From Phycisphaerae bacterium (GTDB taxonomy: Bacteria > Planctomycetota > Phycisphaerae > UBA1845 > Fen-1342), in contig CAXXWX010000026.1 of assembly GCA_963675745.2 (NCBI GenBank), forward strand, positions 192,001 through 256,000: a DNA stretch of 64,000 bases, read 5' to 3'. Positions 10,014 to 21,461 of the stretch are shown piece after piece. Made by a program: the position numbers and the translations under genes. Every line of letters starts with the position of its first letter. Within the stretch, counting starts at the first letter, position 1. Below the pieces are notes generated by a model. It made no database searches, was not told the DNA's origin, and was given only the letters and a program-made list of their open reading frames with translations.

Positions 10014-12837
10014 TCAGTCTCTCTTTGCGACGTCCGGAGCCGGAAGCACGGTGAACGATCCGCTCGCGCTGTGATCACCACATGTGACGGTCGCCGTGTA
10101 TTCGCCCGCCGGCACGAAACGAACCTGGCCGAGATCGCTGTCCGGATGACCCATGCGCTCGTGCTCATCGGCCTGCAAGTCCCAGATCACGCGGTTCAAA
10201 CCGGGGCGGCCGGCGCCCGTGAGCGTGCGCACCGTGCGCCCGGTGGAGTTCTCAATCGTCACGGACACGTCGTCATCGACTCGATCGCGGAGCCAGTACG
10301 TGATATAGGCGCCCATCGGCGGGTTTGACGCCGTGAACATCTGGTCGCCCCACAGCCCTTCATACGGCAGATACTGCCGGGGTCGCGCGTCGAGGATTCG
10401 GAACAGGTGCAGTTTGGCGTCAAGCACGTCCGGCGTAAGCTCCGACAGCGGCGAAGCGTCGTCGAGCACATAGATCGAGCGTCCGTGCGTGCCGACCACA
10501 AGGTCGCGCTCGCGCGGGTGCTGGAGAGAGATCGTCAACGGCGACGGTCGGCAGCGACTCACCATTCAGCTTTGTCCAATGGCCGCCGCGGTCGATCGAA
10601 ACGTACGCCGCCTGCTCCGTGCCGCAGTAGAGCACGTTCGGATTGGCGCGGTCCTCGCGAATGACCTTGACCGGCCAGCCGTCACGCAAATCGCCGGCGA
10701 CCGAGCGCCAGGTTGTGCCGCCATCCACCGTGACCAGCGCGCGCGGCTTGAAATCATCGCTGCGGTGGCCGTCGATGGAGACATAGGCGGTCTGCCGGTC
10801 GTGATGCGACGGTTCGATCCGCGAGATGTACAGACCGCCGGCTTCCGGCGGCGTCACGTCGCGCCATGTCCCGCCGCCATCCTCCGTAACATGGATCAGG
10901 CCATCATCGGTGCCGGCCCACAGCAGCCCCTTTACGAGCGGCGACTCAGCCAGCGCGACCACTGTGCCATAGGTCTCGGCGTCGGACCCGACGGTCGTGA
11001 TCTTGTCGACCTCCGCGCGCGACAGGTCGTCGCTGATCCGCTCCCAGCGATCACCGCGTTCACTAAGCCTGAACACGTGGTTCCCGCCGAGATAGAGCAC
11101 GGTCGGGTCGTGCGGCGAGACAAAGAAGGGGCTGTTCCAGTTGAAGCGGAAGCGCGGCTGGCCTTCTTTCGGGGCCGGCTTGATACGCTTGCGCTGGCCG
11201 GTGTCGAGATGCACGCGCACCAGCTCGCCGCCCTGCGATTCCGCGTAGACGATATGCGGGTCAACCGGATCAAACGCGACGTGAAAGCCGTCGCCATCAT
11301 TGATGAAAGACCAGTCGCGGTTGGTGATGCCGATGCCCTCGGTGCTGATCGTGTCGCCGCCGGACTGCCAGATCGTCTCGCTGGGCCCGATCCAGCTTCC
11401 GTTGTCCTGGAGCCCGCCGCCGATGCGGTACGGGTCGGTCATGTCGATGGCGATGTTGTAGAACTCGCCGACCGCCAGATGGTTGAGATAGTCCCACGTA
11501 GACCCGCGATCGTGCGAGATATAGATGCCGCCGTCGGTGCCCATCAGCAGGTGGTCGCTGTCGTCCGGGTCGATCACAAACGCGTGCATGTCCACGTGCG
11601 GCTTGCGGGCGGTACGGCGGAAGTTGCGGCCCCCGTCATCCGAGACGTACAGCGTCCAGCCGAGCAGGTAGATACGCTGGTCATCGCTTGGATCAACGCG
11701 GACCCGCGAGAAATAGAACGCGCGCGGGTTGAGGTCGCCCATCCGCGTCCAACTCTCACCGCGATCCTCGCTGCGGAACACGCCGCCCGACGTGCTGTAG
11801 CTATCGAACGTACCGGGGCCCCAGCCGCCATGGTCTGACTCAACGACGGCGTAGACGATCCGCGGATCAGTGGCGTAAATGTCAAGGCCGATGCGACCTG
11901 TCTGTGGCGGGAGGCCGTTGGTCAGCTTGGTCCAGTTCGCGCCGGCGTCGGTCGAGCGGTAAATGCCCCCCTCCTGCCCACCACTTTGAAAGCTGTAGGC
12001 GCTCCGTCGGCGGGTGTACATGCCGGCGTAAACGGTGTCGGGGTCCTTCGGATCGACAATCACGTCGCACGCGCCCGTGTTCTCGTTGACGTACAGCACC
12101 CGCTGCCACGACGCGCCCGCGTCGGTGGTCTTGTAGACGCCCCGTTCTTCGTTCGCGCCCCACAAGTGGCCCAGGGCGGCGACATAGCACGTGTCAGGGT
12201 CGCGCGGATCAACCGCCAGGCGCGGGATGTCGTGCGTATCGGCCAAGCCGAGGTGTGTGAACGAAGCGCCGCCGTCGGTCGAGCGATACGCGCCGTGCCC
12301 CCACGAGGAGCTATTGCGCCCATTGCCCTCGCCGGTGCCGACCCAGACGATCTTGGCGCGGCCACGATCCGCATCGGGCTGTTCGGTGTTTTCGTCAGCC
12401 TGCTCCTGCGCCCAACCGGGCCAGTCCGGCGGCGCGTCAGCCACCACCACAGACCCGATGGAGGCGGTTTCGTAATTGTCAAAGACTGGCGCAAAGGTCG
12501 TGCCGGCGTTGATAGTCTTGAACAGCCCGCCGGTGGCGAACCCGACGTAAAACGCCTTCGGGTTACCCGGCGCCAGGGCGATGTCGGCCACGCGTCCGCT
12601 CATATTCGCCGGGCCGACGCTGCGCCATGAGAGGGCCTTCAAGTCATCCTCGCGCAGCGCTCGGCGCGCGGGCTGCGGATCAGGCTCCGACACATGGGCC
12701 ACCGCGACCGGGCCCGGCTCCGCCGTCGGCGCATCAACAACCACCTGTCCGGCCGCCGCAGCGCGGGGCGCGCCGCATCCCGCCACGGCACAGAGCAGCA
12801 AACCCTGAGTCAAGTATTTGCGAACCGTAGGCAACAT
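10014..12837 (-). pseudogene. BNR/VPS10-type beta-propeller glycosyl hydrolase-like protein split by a frameshift near 10524-10531 (real or sequencing error)
   Basis: ORF 10420-12837 (WRSVGPANMSGRV, many S/TxDxGxxW repeats) reads ...LPTVAVDDL; the expected continuation QHPRERDLVVGTHGRS is in the frame of ORF 10014-10565. Confidence 0.8.
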
Positions 12838-12985
12838 GGTGAATCTCCCGGTCGGCCGGTCCTGGCTAAATGTCGGCGTCGTGAGTTCACACGCTACGCC
12901 AACGCGACCACGCTCGCAAGCACCCGCCAGTGACGGACGCGCCGAATAGCGATACCGCTGATCGCCTTGCCCGGGCTGCCCTTAT

Positions 12986-15016
12986 TCAACGCTCCTCCGC
13001 CGCCTGTTTCAACAGCCGCTGGTGGAAGGCGTGCATCTGGCGGAAGCGATGCAATAAGTGTTGTCCCGTGTGATTAAGATCCGCCTTGTACGGATCATCG
13101 GCAAACCGATTGCGATTCCAATCCGCCTCAAGCCACTCGATGGCCTGGACACAGCCGCTATCCAGTTCCCGCAGGAGCGTTTGATTCAATCTCCCATCAC
13201 GCCGCACTTCAGCACTGGCCATGAAGTGCTGGAGCGTATACGCAAGAATGTCGGCCGAGTGCTCGATCGCATCCCAGGCAACGCGATTACGTTTGATGTC
13301 GGCCCGGATGCGCTCGAACCGGCCACGAACGTGCTCGAGCGCGGACAGGTGCCGCAGTGCCGCCGCTCCCAGGGCCCCGCCGGCCTCTTCCTGCGCGGCG
13401 GCCAACGTCTCATCGTCGATCCAGCAGCTTGTTTTGAACTGCTTCAGCGGCCAATCGATCCGACATAGCTCCTGCCAGGCGCCGGCCAACTCAGCTCCTT
13501 GCGCCGAGTCGAACTGCTCACGCGCAAAGCCGCGGTAGAACGCCGCCTCGTCCCAGTTGCTGCCCGCCCAGGCATAGGCGGCTGCGTAGGCGATTCCCGG
13601 CCACAGCACGTCACTCATGTAGCGCGTGGGGATCCAGATCGTCGTGTTCACGCCGCGCGCGTCATGTACTCGCGCGATATCGGCGAAGCGACGGATGTTC
13701 TCGTAGCGGGCTTCCGAAGGCAGGATCATGTGCGGATAGCACATCAGCGCCGGACAGGCGACGACCTCGAAGCCCAATTGCTTGAAGTAGATCAGTGAGT
13801 CCTCCGACACATTCGGCCCGTAGTGCCAGTCATAGATCACCACCCCGGTTCGAGGGAGGCGTTCCGCAATCCGGCGGTGCTGCAAGAGCATGTCACCCCA
13901 AAGCGCCGTGCGGCGATCGTGGCCCGCTGCGAGGTCGCGACAGCGCAACACGTGCTTCAGAAACCAGTCCGCGTGTGAGATTCCCGGGAACCTGGCTTCA
14001 CAGCGCGCGCAGGCCGTCATGTCCACCTCATCGCAGCCGATGTGCAACTCGGGATACGGGAACGAGTCCGCCGCGCGGGCGTACATCTTCTTCAGGTACT
14101 CATAGGTCTTCGCGCTCGCGGGGCACAGGACATTCGTGTACCCGGGCTGATCCGTACCGGTCCAGCTTCCGGCGGGCTTGTTCTCTGTAGTCTGATGCAG
14201 GATGTCCCGGGCTTCCGGATGCCGCAGAAACACGCGCGCGTGTCCGAGAGATTCAATCTCCGGGATCAGCTCGATGTGATGACGCCTGGCGAGCAGGACC
14301 AGGGGGCGGAGTTGCTCGACGCGCCATGCCTGGGGATGTAACAGCGCGCCGTACTCTTCATTGTAGAGGCACACATTCTGGTCATCCGTCAGGTGCATGT
14401 GTAGCCGGTTTATCTTGCGGCGACCGCAGAAGCGGATCAGCCGCTCGTAGTAGTCGGCGTTCTCGTTGGCCCGGGCCGGGTCAACCATGATTCCCCGGTA
14501 CGCCAGGTCGGGCCAGTCGATGATCTCCCCACAGGGCAGATCTCCGTCTTTGTCGATGAACTGGCGCAGTGTCTGAATGCCGTAGAACACGCCGGCAGGC
14601 GTCCGACCCTGGATGAGCACGCCGCTCGCGCTGATCCGGATTCGATAGCCTTGGTCCTGGATGCTGCTCGCATATGCCGACGCGCTGTGAGGGAACTCGA
14701 CAGTCGCCATATCGAGCTGGATCGTAGGTCCATCATCCCCGACGAGGACCTGATGCTGATCGAGACACTCCCTCAAGATCCCTGCTTCATTGGCAAGCTC
14801 CGCGCGGGCCGGCCCGATGGCTACGCGATCGACGCGCACGTGGCCTGTGTCGGGCCGCCACTGCTTCACAAACGGCACCGCCGCCGAATCACCCGCAGCG
14901 GCAGCAAACCCTGTGAGAGCGAAAACCAGAGTGAGCCCCCACACGTGTATAAGCGAAGCCGTAGCGGACACGATTTCTCCGTGTAAATCAAACCTGCTGC
15001 TCATGTCACGTGCCAT
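12986..15016 (-). CDS. GH20 beta-N-acetylhexosaminidase-family protein
   Basis: GVFYGIQTLRQ, IDWPDLAYRGIMVD, HMHLTDDQ, PEIESLGH, HIGCDEV catalytic DE. Confidence 0.88.
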   Translation of the reverse strand: MARDMSSRFDLHGEIVSATASLIHVWGLTLVFALTGFAAAAGDSAAVPFVKQWRPDTGHVRVDRVAIGPARAELANEAGILRECLDQHQVLVGDDGPTIQLDMATVEFPHSASAYASSIQDQGYRIRISASGVLIQGRTPAGVFYGIQTLRQFIDKDGDLPCGEIIDWPDLAYRGIMVDPARANENADYYERLIRFCGRRKINRLHMHLTDDQNVCLYNEEYGALLHPQAWRVEQLRPLVLLARRHHIELIPEIESLGHARVFLRHPEARDILHQTTENKPAGSWTGTDQPGYTNVLCPASAKTYEYLKKMYARAADSFPYPELHIGCDEVDMTACARCEARFPGISHADWFLKHVLRCRDLAAGHDRRTALWGDMLLQHRRIAERLPRTGVVIYDWHYGPNVSEDSLIYFKQLGFEVVACPALMCYPHMILPSEARYENIRRFADIARVHDARGVNTTIWIPTRYMSDVLWPGIAYAAAYAWAGSNWDEAAFYRGFAREQFDSAQGAELAGAWQELCRIDWPLKQFKTSCWIDDETLAAAQEEAGGALGAAALRHLSALEHVRGRFERIRADIKRNRVAWDAIEHSADILAYTLQHFMASAEVRRDGRLNQTLLRELDSGCVQAIEWLEADWNRNRFADDPYKADLNHTGQHLLHRFRQMHAFHQRLLKQAAEER

Positions 15017-15115
15017 GCAACAACATCACGCCACACTGCGCAGCGCGTGTCAAGCCGTTGGCAGGTCGCGACCACCGTGCGCGCCCCTTCACGCGCAGCC
15101 GCGTGCAGCGCGTGA

Positions 15116-16087
15116 CTATTCGCTTCCCGAGACCGCCTGGTGCCCGGCCGCGTTGATCTGTGTTCGGCGAACGCTCTCGCCCAGGTTGGCGGCCGGCCTG
15201 CGCGGCACCGGGCCTGGTTTCGTCGGGTGCATGTATAGCTCAAACCAGTGCTCGGCGTACATCCGTACGACATCCAACGGCAGGTTATGGCCGAAGCCCT
15301 CGTAGATCACGAGCCGCAGCCGCTCGGTGTCGCCGGCGTAATACGGCCGGGCGGCGTCAACAAACGCCCGTGCTGTCGCCGGGTCCACGATCGTGTCCTG
15401 CCCGCCACTGACCATGAGCACCGCCGTCGGATACAGCGTATCAACGTGCAGGATCGGGTCGCACTCGCGCAGCAGCGCGTCGGTCTCGGGCCAAAGGGTG
15501 AGCGTTTGGCCTTGCCACAGCCCGTTCGTGTGCCATGTATCGAACCACTGCCGATAGGCGCCGCTGCTTACAAACGCCACAATCGCGGCCAATCGAGGTT
15601 CGCGCGTCGCCACGGCCAGCCCGGGAATCCCCGTCGATGAGCTGCCCAGCCAGCCGATCTTCTCCGGGTGAACGTCGCCCCGCGCGATCAGATAGTCAAT
15701 CACGCGACCGGCGTCGGTCGGCGCCCGCGCGCCGCTGAGCGTGTATCCGTGCGCGAAGCGCTGGTCGAAGAAGAGCCATTGCGGGCGCCGCTGTGGGTCT
15801 GGGTCGGGAGGGTGCTGCACGGTAAACGCCACAAGCATGTAGCCGCGCGCCGCCAGCCCGGTGCTCCACGCGGGCAGCTCCACCGGGTCCAACGTGCCGA
15901 GCATCAGGATCGCCGGATGCCGTTCGACAACGCCCGGCACGAATGCAAGGTTCAGCGTCGCAGCCGGTCCGCCCTCATTGAGCGTGACTCGCTCAAAATG
16001 CACTCGGTTCTGTGCCGCGCAGCCAAGCACGCAGACAACGCACGCGAGCGCAGTTGCCAGTCGAGTCAAGGATCCCATCCAGCGCAT
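15116..16087 (-). CDS. Alpha/beta-hydrolase (dienelactone hydrolase/peptidase S9-like), possible lipoprotein
   Basis: DYLIARGDVHPEKIGWLGSSSTG nucleophile elbow, GGQD, YEGFGH. Confidence 0.78.
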   Translation of the reverse strand: MRWMGSLTRLATALACVVCVLGCAAQNRVHFERVTLNEGGPAATLNLAFVPGVVERHPAILMLGTLDPVELPAWSTGLAARGYMLVAFTVQHPPDPDPQRRPQWLFFDQRFAHGYTLSGARAPTDAGRVIDYLIARGDVHPEKIGWLGSSSTGIPGLAVATREPRLAAIVAFVSSGAYRQWFDTWHTNGLWQGQTLTLWPETDALLRECDPILHVDTLYPTAVLMVSGGQDTIVDPATARAFVDAARPYYAGDTERLRLVIYEGFGHNLPLDVVRMYAEHWFELYMHPTKPGPVPRRPAANLGESVRRTQINAAGHQAVSGSE

Positions 16088-16444
16088 GCCTCCCTGCGGC
16101 AGAGCTCCACGATGTCACGCTCCCCAGCCAACACCGTACCCGGGCGCACCTGCAGGCTCAACCTGGTTCACGCCGGACCGGCACTGCGGATCGTCCTCGG
16201 GATGCGGCGCTGTGATCACGCCGCACGCCATCGCGTGCAGCGTTTGGCCGTCAACCGATCCCGGTGTGGATCGCATACCTCGGCAATGCGGATTAGAATC
16301 AGGTCAAAGACGCGTCCGCAACATCCCGTTAGCTGAGCGCTTCCTGATCGCGTACTGCGCGAAGCTGGCGGGAATCGAGAGCTCTTGATGGATTCGCTGC
16401 CGCCGGTCATGGTGGCGCGCCGCGCGGCGAGTGGAGACGACCGG

Positions 16445-18730
16445 ATGATAAGAACACGCGCCGTACTCGCTCTGTGGGTCATGGCCCTTGTTGCCTGGCC
16501 ACCGCCCCGGCCGGCATCAGGGCAGGAGCACTCCGGGCAACCGGTCGAACCAGCACCGACATCCCAGCCTGCGCTGCGCGAGAGCATCGCCGCGCAACGC
16601 GCCGAACTCGCCAACGAACTGACCGCCGCCCGGCGCAACCTGGAGAGTGCCACAGCGCCGGAGGACGCGACACCCCCGGAACATCTCACGAAGGAAGTGT
16701 CCCTGCTCGAAACGATCGATCTGCTCTACGGTCAGCAGGATGCGCAGGTACAACATTTCGAAGAGTCGCAGACGTCGCGCGCCCAGTTGGAAGCGGATCT
16801 GGCCACGCTTAGAGCCACCGGGCCGTCCGAGGAGCGGGCCGACTCCTTCCTGTTGCTGGAATCCGTACGCAGCGAGCTGAACGCCCACATCGACCGGGGC
16901 GCTAAGCTCAACGCGGCACGCGAGGCCACCCATAAGAGCCTGGAAAACGCCCGCGCGCAGCATGCGGAACGGGAGCGGGCCAGACGGCAGGCCAAGGAAG
17001 CACTCGCGGCAGCGACTGACGAGGCCGACATCCCCGGTTTGTCCGTGGCTCTGAGGCTGGCGGAACTCGAAAGCCGGCTCGCCGCCGAAACGATCGTGCT
17101 GCGCACGTTGGAGCAACGCAACCAGGACATCAGCGAGGCGATCTATGAACTGCGTCTCACGTTCCTGACGGAGAAAGTAGCCTGGATAGAGAGCCGGGCG
17201 CGCTTCACTCAGGATGATCTCGATGAACAGCTCGAGAAGATCGCCCGGGATGACTTCGCCCTGCGACGTCAGCTCAAGGAGGCGGAATCTGATCTGGATA
17301 CCGCCGCCCGCAAACTCGCCGACGCGCGCCAAAGGCGTGACAGTGCCGCGGAAACCGATCAGGCCCTGGTCGAAGAGGTCGAAGCCGCGCGGCTCGAACG
17401 CGAAGCCCACCAGCTTCACGTGATGCTCCTTCAGGCGCGCCTCCAGCGACTCGTGTGGGTAAAGCAGGTCTGGACACGTCGTTTCCGCACGTTCAACGGC
17501 CAGGCCACCGGCGAAGAGCTGAAGTTGTGGGACGCCGAGACGCGCGACGCACGTAATCAGCTCGAGACAGAGAGCAACCTGCAAGCCGAGGAGGCCGCCG
17601 AGGCGCGCAAATCACTCGTGACCTTGCAGGAAAAGCTGTCATCGGCGGAAGAGGCCGGCCCCGGCGTACGCCGCTGGCTGCGAGAGCAGGCTCGGCAGGT
17701 GCAGGTACGCATCAACGTCTGCGAGTCAAGCATTGCCAGCATTGAGACAGCGCGGCGTCTGGGCGACAAGCTGCTGGCCGAAATCGGCGCCGAAACAACA
17801 ACCACCGGCTTCGCGGCGCGGCTTGCGCGGATGCGGGAAGCCCTGCTCGGCATGTGGCGCTACGAACTGATTTCCATCGAAGATCGTCCGATCACCGTGA
17901 GCAAGATCGTCATCGGGATCCTGCTGCTGGTCATTGGCGTGACCGTGGCGCGACTGTTGACCAGGATTCTGGGACGGCGACTGCTGCCGCGGGTAGGGCT
18001 TACCGAAGGCGCCGCCGCGGCAATCCAATCGCTCCTGTTCTACCTGCTGGTGTTGAGCCTGGCCCTGTTGGCGCTGCGCATCGTCAACGTCCCCCTTACC
18101 GCGTTTACCATCGCTGGCGGGGCGATCGCGATCGGCGTTGGCTTCGGCAGTCAGAACGTGATGAACAACTTCATCAGCGGGTTGATCATGCTGGTGGAAC
18201 GCCCCATTCGCGTCGGCGATCTGATCGAGGTCGAGAACCTGCTCGGGTCAGTTGAGCACATCGGACCGCGTAGCACACGCGTCCGCAGTGCCGACAACGT
18301 CGACATCATCGTGCCCAACAGCTCGTTTCTCGAACACAACGTGGTCAATTGGACGCTCTCTGATGACCGCTACCGGGCCCACGTGGTCATCGGGCTGGCC
18401 TACGGATCGCCGACGCGCAGTGCCGCCAAGCTGATCCGCCGGGCGGTCGAGGAACACGGCAAAGTGCTCAAGACACCCAAGCCGATCGTCCTGTTCACAG
18501 ATTTCGGTGACAACGCGCTCATATTCGAGGCGCACTTCTGGCTGCGCATGCGGCGCCTGATGGATCGCAGAACGATAGAGAGCGACATCCGCTACCGCAT
18601 CGACGCCCTGTTTCGTGAAGCGGGGATTGTGATCGCGTTTCCGCAGCGCGACGTGCATTTCAATGCCGTCAGACCCGTGGAGGTGCGCCTGTTGTCCGAG
18701 CAGCCAGCCTCCGAGCCGGACAAAACTTGA
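16445..18730 (+). CDS. Mechanosensitive ion channel, MscS/MscK-like, with a long N-terminal coiled coil
   Basis: GAIAIGVGFGSQNVMNNFISGLIMLVERPIRVGD, IVPNS, IAFPQRDVH; ATG 16445 after GGAGA. Confidence 0.92.
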   Translation: MIRTRAVLALWVMALVAWPPPRPASGQEHSGQPVEPAPTSQPALRESIAAQRAELANELTAARRNLESATAPEDATPPEHLTKEVSLLETIDLLYGQQDAQVQHFEESQTSRAQLEADLATLRATGPSEERADSFLLLESVRSELNAHIDRGAKLNAAREATHKSLENARAQHAERERARRQAKEALAAATDEADIPGLSVALRLAELESRLAAETIVLRTLEQRNQDISEAIYELRLTFLTEKVAWIESRARFTQDDLDEQLEKIARDDFALRRQLKEAESDLDTAARKLADARQRRDSAAETDQALVEEVEAARLEREAHQLHVMLLQARLQRLVWVKQVWTRRFRTFNGQATGEELKLWDAETRDARNQLETESNLQAEEAAEARKSLVTLQEKLSSAEEAGPGVRRWLREQARQVQVRINVCESSIASIETARRLGDKLLAEIGAETTTTGFAARLARMREALLGMWRYELISIEDRPITVSKIVIGILLLVIGVTVARLLTRILGRRLLPRVGLTEGAAAAIQSLLFYLLVLSLALLALRIVNVPLTAFTIAGGAIAIGVGFGSQNVMNNFISGLIMLVERPIRVGDLIEVENLLGSVEHIGPRSTRVRSADNVDIIVPNSSFLEHNVVNWTLSDDRYRAHVVIGLAYGSPTRSAAKLIRRAVEEHGKVLKTPKPIVLFTDFGDNALIFEAHFWLRMRRLMDRRTIESDIRYRIDALFREAGIVIAFPQRDVHFNAVRPVEVRLLSEQPASEPDKT

Positions 18731-18836
18731 TTGTCAATCGGCGGACCAGCTCCGCGAAACGCGTAAGATAGGCGGCGCGCGATAAGCACAGAGTTCTCGG
18801 TTCGGACGCACGTCCAAGCCACAGGTGGGAGACGGA

Positions 18837-21461
18837 ATGATGAGAGGCATGACCTATGCATTTCTGGTGCTGACCGCGGCTATCCTGCCCCAGGGCGACG
18901 CCGGCGCCGACTCCAAGCAGCCGCCACCCCGGATCATCTGTATACGCGGTGGTCAGGTCATTGATGGAACTGGTGGCCCGCGGCGCGCGGCGGACGTATT
19001 GATCGAAGGGGACCGCATCGTGGCCATCGGCGAGATCGACGCCGAGCGCGCCGCCGGCGCGCGGGTCATCGACGCCCGCGGAATGGTCGTTACGCCGGGG
19101 TTCATCGACGCGCATTCGCACGGCGACCCGCTCAAGACGCCTGAACTGGAAAACTTTCTGGCCATGGGCGTCACGACGATCTGCATCGGTCAGGATGGCG
19201 AAAGCCCCGAGAAACTCGCCGAGTGGATGCGGGCTGTCGAGCAGGCACACCCCGGCACGAATATCGCCACGTTCGTGGGCCACGGCACAATCCGGAACCT
19301 CGCCGGCGTGGGGTTGAAACGCGATCCCTCGAAGCAGCAGATATCGCGCATGCGGGAGCTGGTGCGCGAGGCCATGGGCCTCGGGTGTCTCGGGCTGACC
19401 TCAGGATTGGAATACCAGCCGGGCTCGTTCGCGGACCTCAACGAGCTGATTGCGCTTGCGCGCCCGGTGGCGCAGGCGGGCGGCCTGGTAATGAGCCACA
19501 TGCGCAGCGAAGATGATGACGTCATCGAAGAGGCGCTCGCCGAGCTGCTCACGCAGTGCCGCGAGGCCGGGTGTCCGGCGCACGTTTCCCACATCAAGGT
19601 GACCTACGGACATGGCGCGCAGCGCGCGGAAAAGGTCCTCGCGCAGATGGAAGCGGCCCGCGCCGGCGGTAACCGTGTAACCGCCGACATCTATCCCTAC
19701 CTGGCCAGCTATACCGGCATCGGCATCGTCTTCCCCGATTGGGCGAAGCCGCCACACGACTACGCCGAAGTTGTCCGAACGCGGCGCGCCGACTTGGCAG
19801 AATACCTGCGCAAACGCGTGACCTTGCGCAACGGGCCCGAAGCGACACTCTTCGGGACGGCACCCTGGACCGGCAAGACACTGGCCGAGGTGGCGGCGGA
19901 GCTCAACAAGCCCTTTGAAGACGTGCTGATCGACGATATGGGGCCAGACGGAGCGCAGGCAGCCTACTTCGTAATGGACGCGGATTTGCAGGAGCGTCTT
20001 CTGACCGACCCGCATGTGATGATCTCGTCGGACGGCAGCTCGACGTCACGGCACCCGCGCGGCCACGGGGCCTTCGCGCGCGTCATTCGCAAATACGTCG
20101 TCGAGCGCAAGCTGCTCTCGCTTGAAGAGGCTGTCCGCAAGATGACCGACCTGCCGGCGCAAACCACCGGTCTGGCGTGGGGCAAACGTGGTCGCCTGGC
20201 TCCCGGTTATGCCGCCGATGTGCTGGTGTTCGACCCCGAAGCAGTCGCCGACAACGCGACGTACGCCGATCCGCACGTACTCGCGGGCGGATTCGCGTGG
20301 GTGATCGTGAACGGCCAGGTCGCGCGCGAACAGGATCGCGCGCTGGGGAGTCGCGCGGGGCGCATGTTACGGCGACAGGACACGGCTATTGGCAGGAAGG
20401 TCGACGAGCTCCTGCGAGATTTCGACCGGCCGAACGTGCCCGGGGCCAGCGTCGCCGTCGTGAAGGATGGCGCACTCGTCTTCGTCAAGAGCTACGGACT
20501 GGAACGCATCGAGACAGGCAAGCTCGCGACGCCGTTCACCAACTATCGCATTGCCTCGATGACCAAGCAGTTCACCGCGATGTGCATAATGATGCTGCAC
20601 GACCGCGGACTGCTGGACTATGACGAGCCCATCGCGCGGTTCTTCCCCAAACTGCCCGTCGAGGCCGGTCGCATCACGATTCGCCAGTTGCTGGGTCACA
20701 CGTCGGGGCTGGTGGACTACGAGGACATAATTCCTGAAGACCGCACCGACCAGCTCAACGACCGCGATGTACTGCGGCTGCTGGAAAGGCAAAGCGCCAC
20801 GTACTTCGCGCCCGGAACGCAATACCGCTACAGCAACGGCGGTTACGCCCTGTTGGCACTGATCGTCGAGCAAGTGTCGGGCACCGGTTTCGCCACGTTT
20901 CTGCGGGAGAACATTTTCGTCCCGCTCGGGATGCGCGAAACCGTCGCCTACGAGAAAGGCGTATCCACCGTCAATCGACGGGGATGGGGCTACCGGGAGA
21001 CCGCCGAGGGATTCGTGGATGCCGACCAGAGCCTGACGAGCGCCGTGCTCGGAGACGGCGGCATCTACACCTCGGTGCTGGACTACTGCAAGTGGGACGC
21101 GGCCCTGTATGGCACGTGGCTGGTGGGACACGAATCACTGGCCCAGGCGTTCACGACGGGAGCCCTGGCCGATGGAACGCCCACGGGTTACGGCTTTGGC
21201 TGGCGTATCGAGCAACGTGGCGCAACGCGCGTGGTGCATCACGACGGCGGCACCTGCGGGTTCAACAGTGCGGTTCGACGTGCGCCGGATCAGCGACTGA
21301 CGGTGGTGGTGCTGACAAACCGGGCCGGCAAGCACGCCCGCCAAATCGCCGACGAGCTGCTGAACTGGCTGCTGACCGATGCGGCGAAGGGTAGCGAGTC
21401 ACCCACGACGCCCGCCAATGACGCGGCCCCCGCCGAGTCTTCGCCCGATCACTCCCCCTGA
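18837..21461 (+). CDS. Secreted fusion of N-acyl-D-amino-acid deacylase (amidohydrolase) and a beta-lactamase-family serine hydrolase
   Basis: N-half PGFIDAHSH, SHMRSE, HVSHIK, SSDG, HPRGHGAF; C-half ASMTKQF (SxxK), YSN, HHDGG. Confidence 0.88.
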   Translation: MMRGMTYAFLVLTAAILPQGDAGADSKQPPPRIICIRGGQVIDGTGGPRRAADVLIEGDRIVAIGEIDAERAAGARVIDARGMVVTPGFIDAHSHGDPLKTPELENFLAMGVTTICIGQDGESPEKLAEWMRAVEQAHPGTNIATFVGHGTIRNLAGVGLKRDPSKQQISRMRELVREAMGLGCLGLTSGLEYQPGSFADLNELIALARPVAQAGGLVMSHMRSEDDDVIEEALAELLTQCREAGCPAHVSHIKVTYGHGAQRAEKVLAQMEAARAGGNRVTADIYPYLASYTGIGIVFPDWAKPPHDYAEVVRTRRADLAEYLRKRVTLRNGPEATLFGTAPWTGKTLAEVAAELNKPFEDVLIDDMGPDGAQAAYFVMDADLQERLLTDPHVMISSDGSSTSRHPRGHGAFARVIRKYVVERKLLSLEEAVRKMTDLPAQTTGLAWGKRGRLAPGYAADVLVFDPEAVADNATYADPHVLAGGFAWVIVNGQVAREQDRALGSRAGRMLRRQDTAIGRKVDELLRDFDRPNVPGASVAVVKDGALVFVKSYGLERIETGKLATPFTNYRIASMTKQFTAMCIMMLHDRGLLDYDEPIARFFPKLPVEAGRITIRQLLGHTSGLVDYEDIIPEDRTDQLNDRDVLRLLERQSATYFAPGTQYRYSNGGYALLALIVEQVSGTGFATFLRENIFVPLGMRETVAYEKGVSTVNRRGWGYRETAEGFVDADQSLTSAVLGDGGIYTSVLDYCKWDAALYGTWLVGHESLAQAFTTGALADGTPTGYGFGWRIEQRGATRVVHHDGGTCGFNSAVRRAPDQRLTVVVLTNRAGKHARQIADELLNWLLTDAAKGSESPTTPANDAAPAESSPDHSP

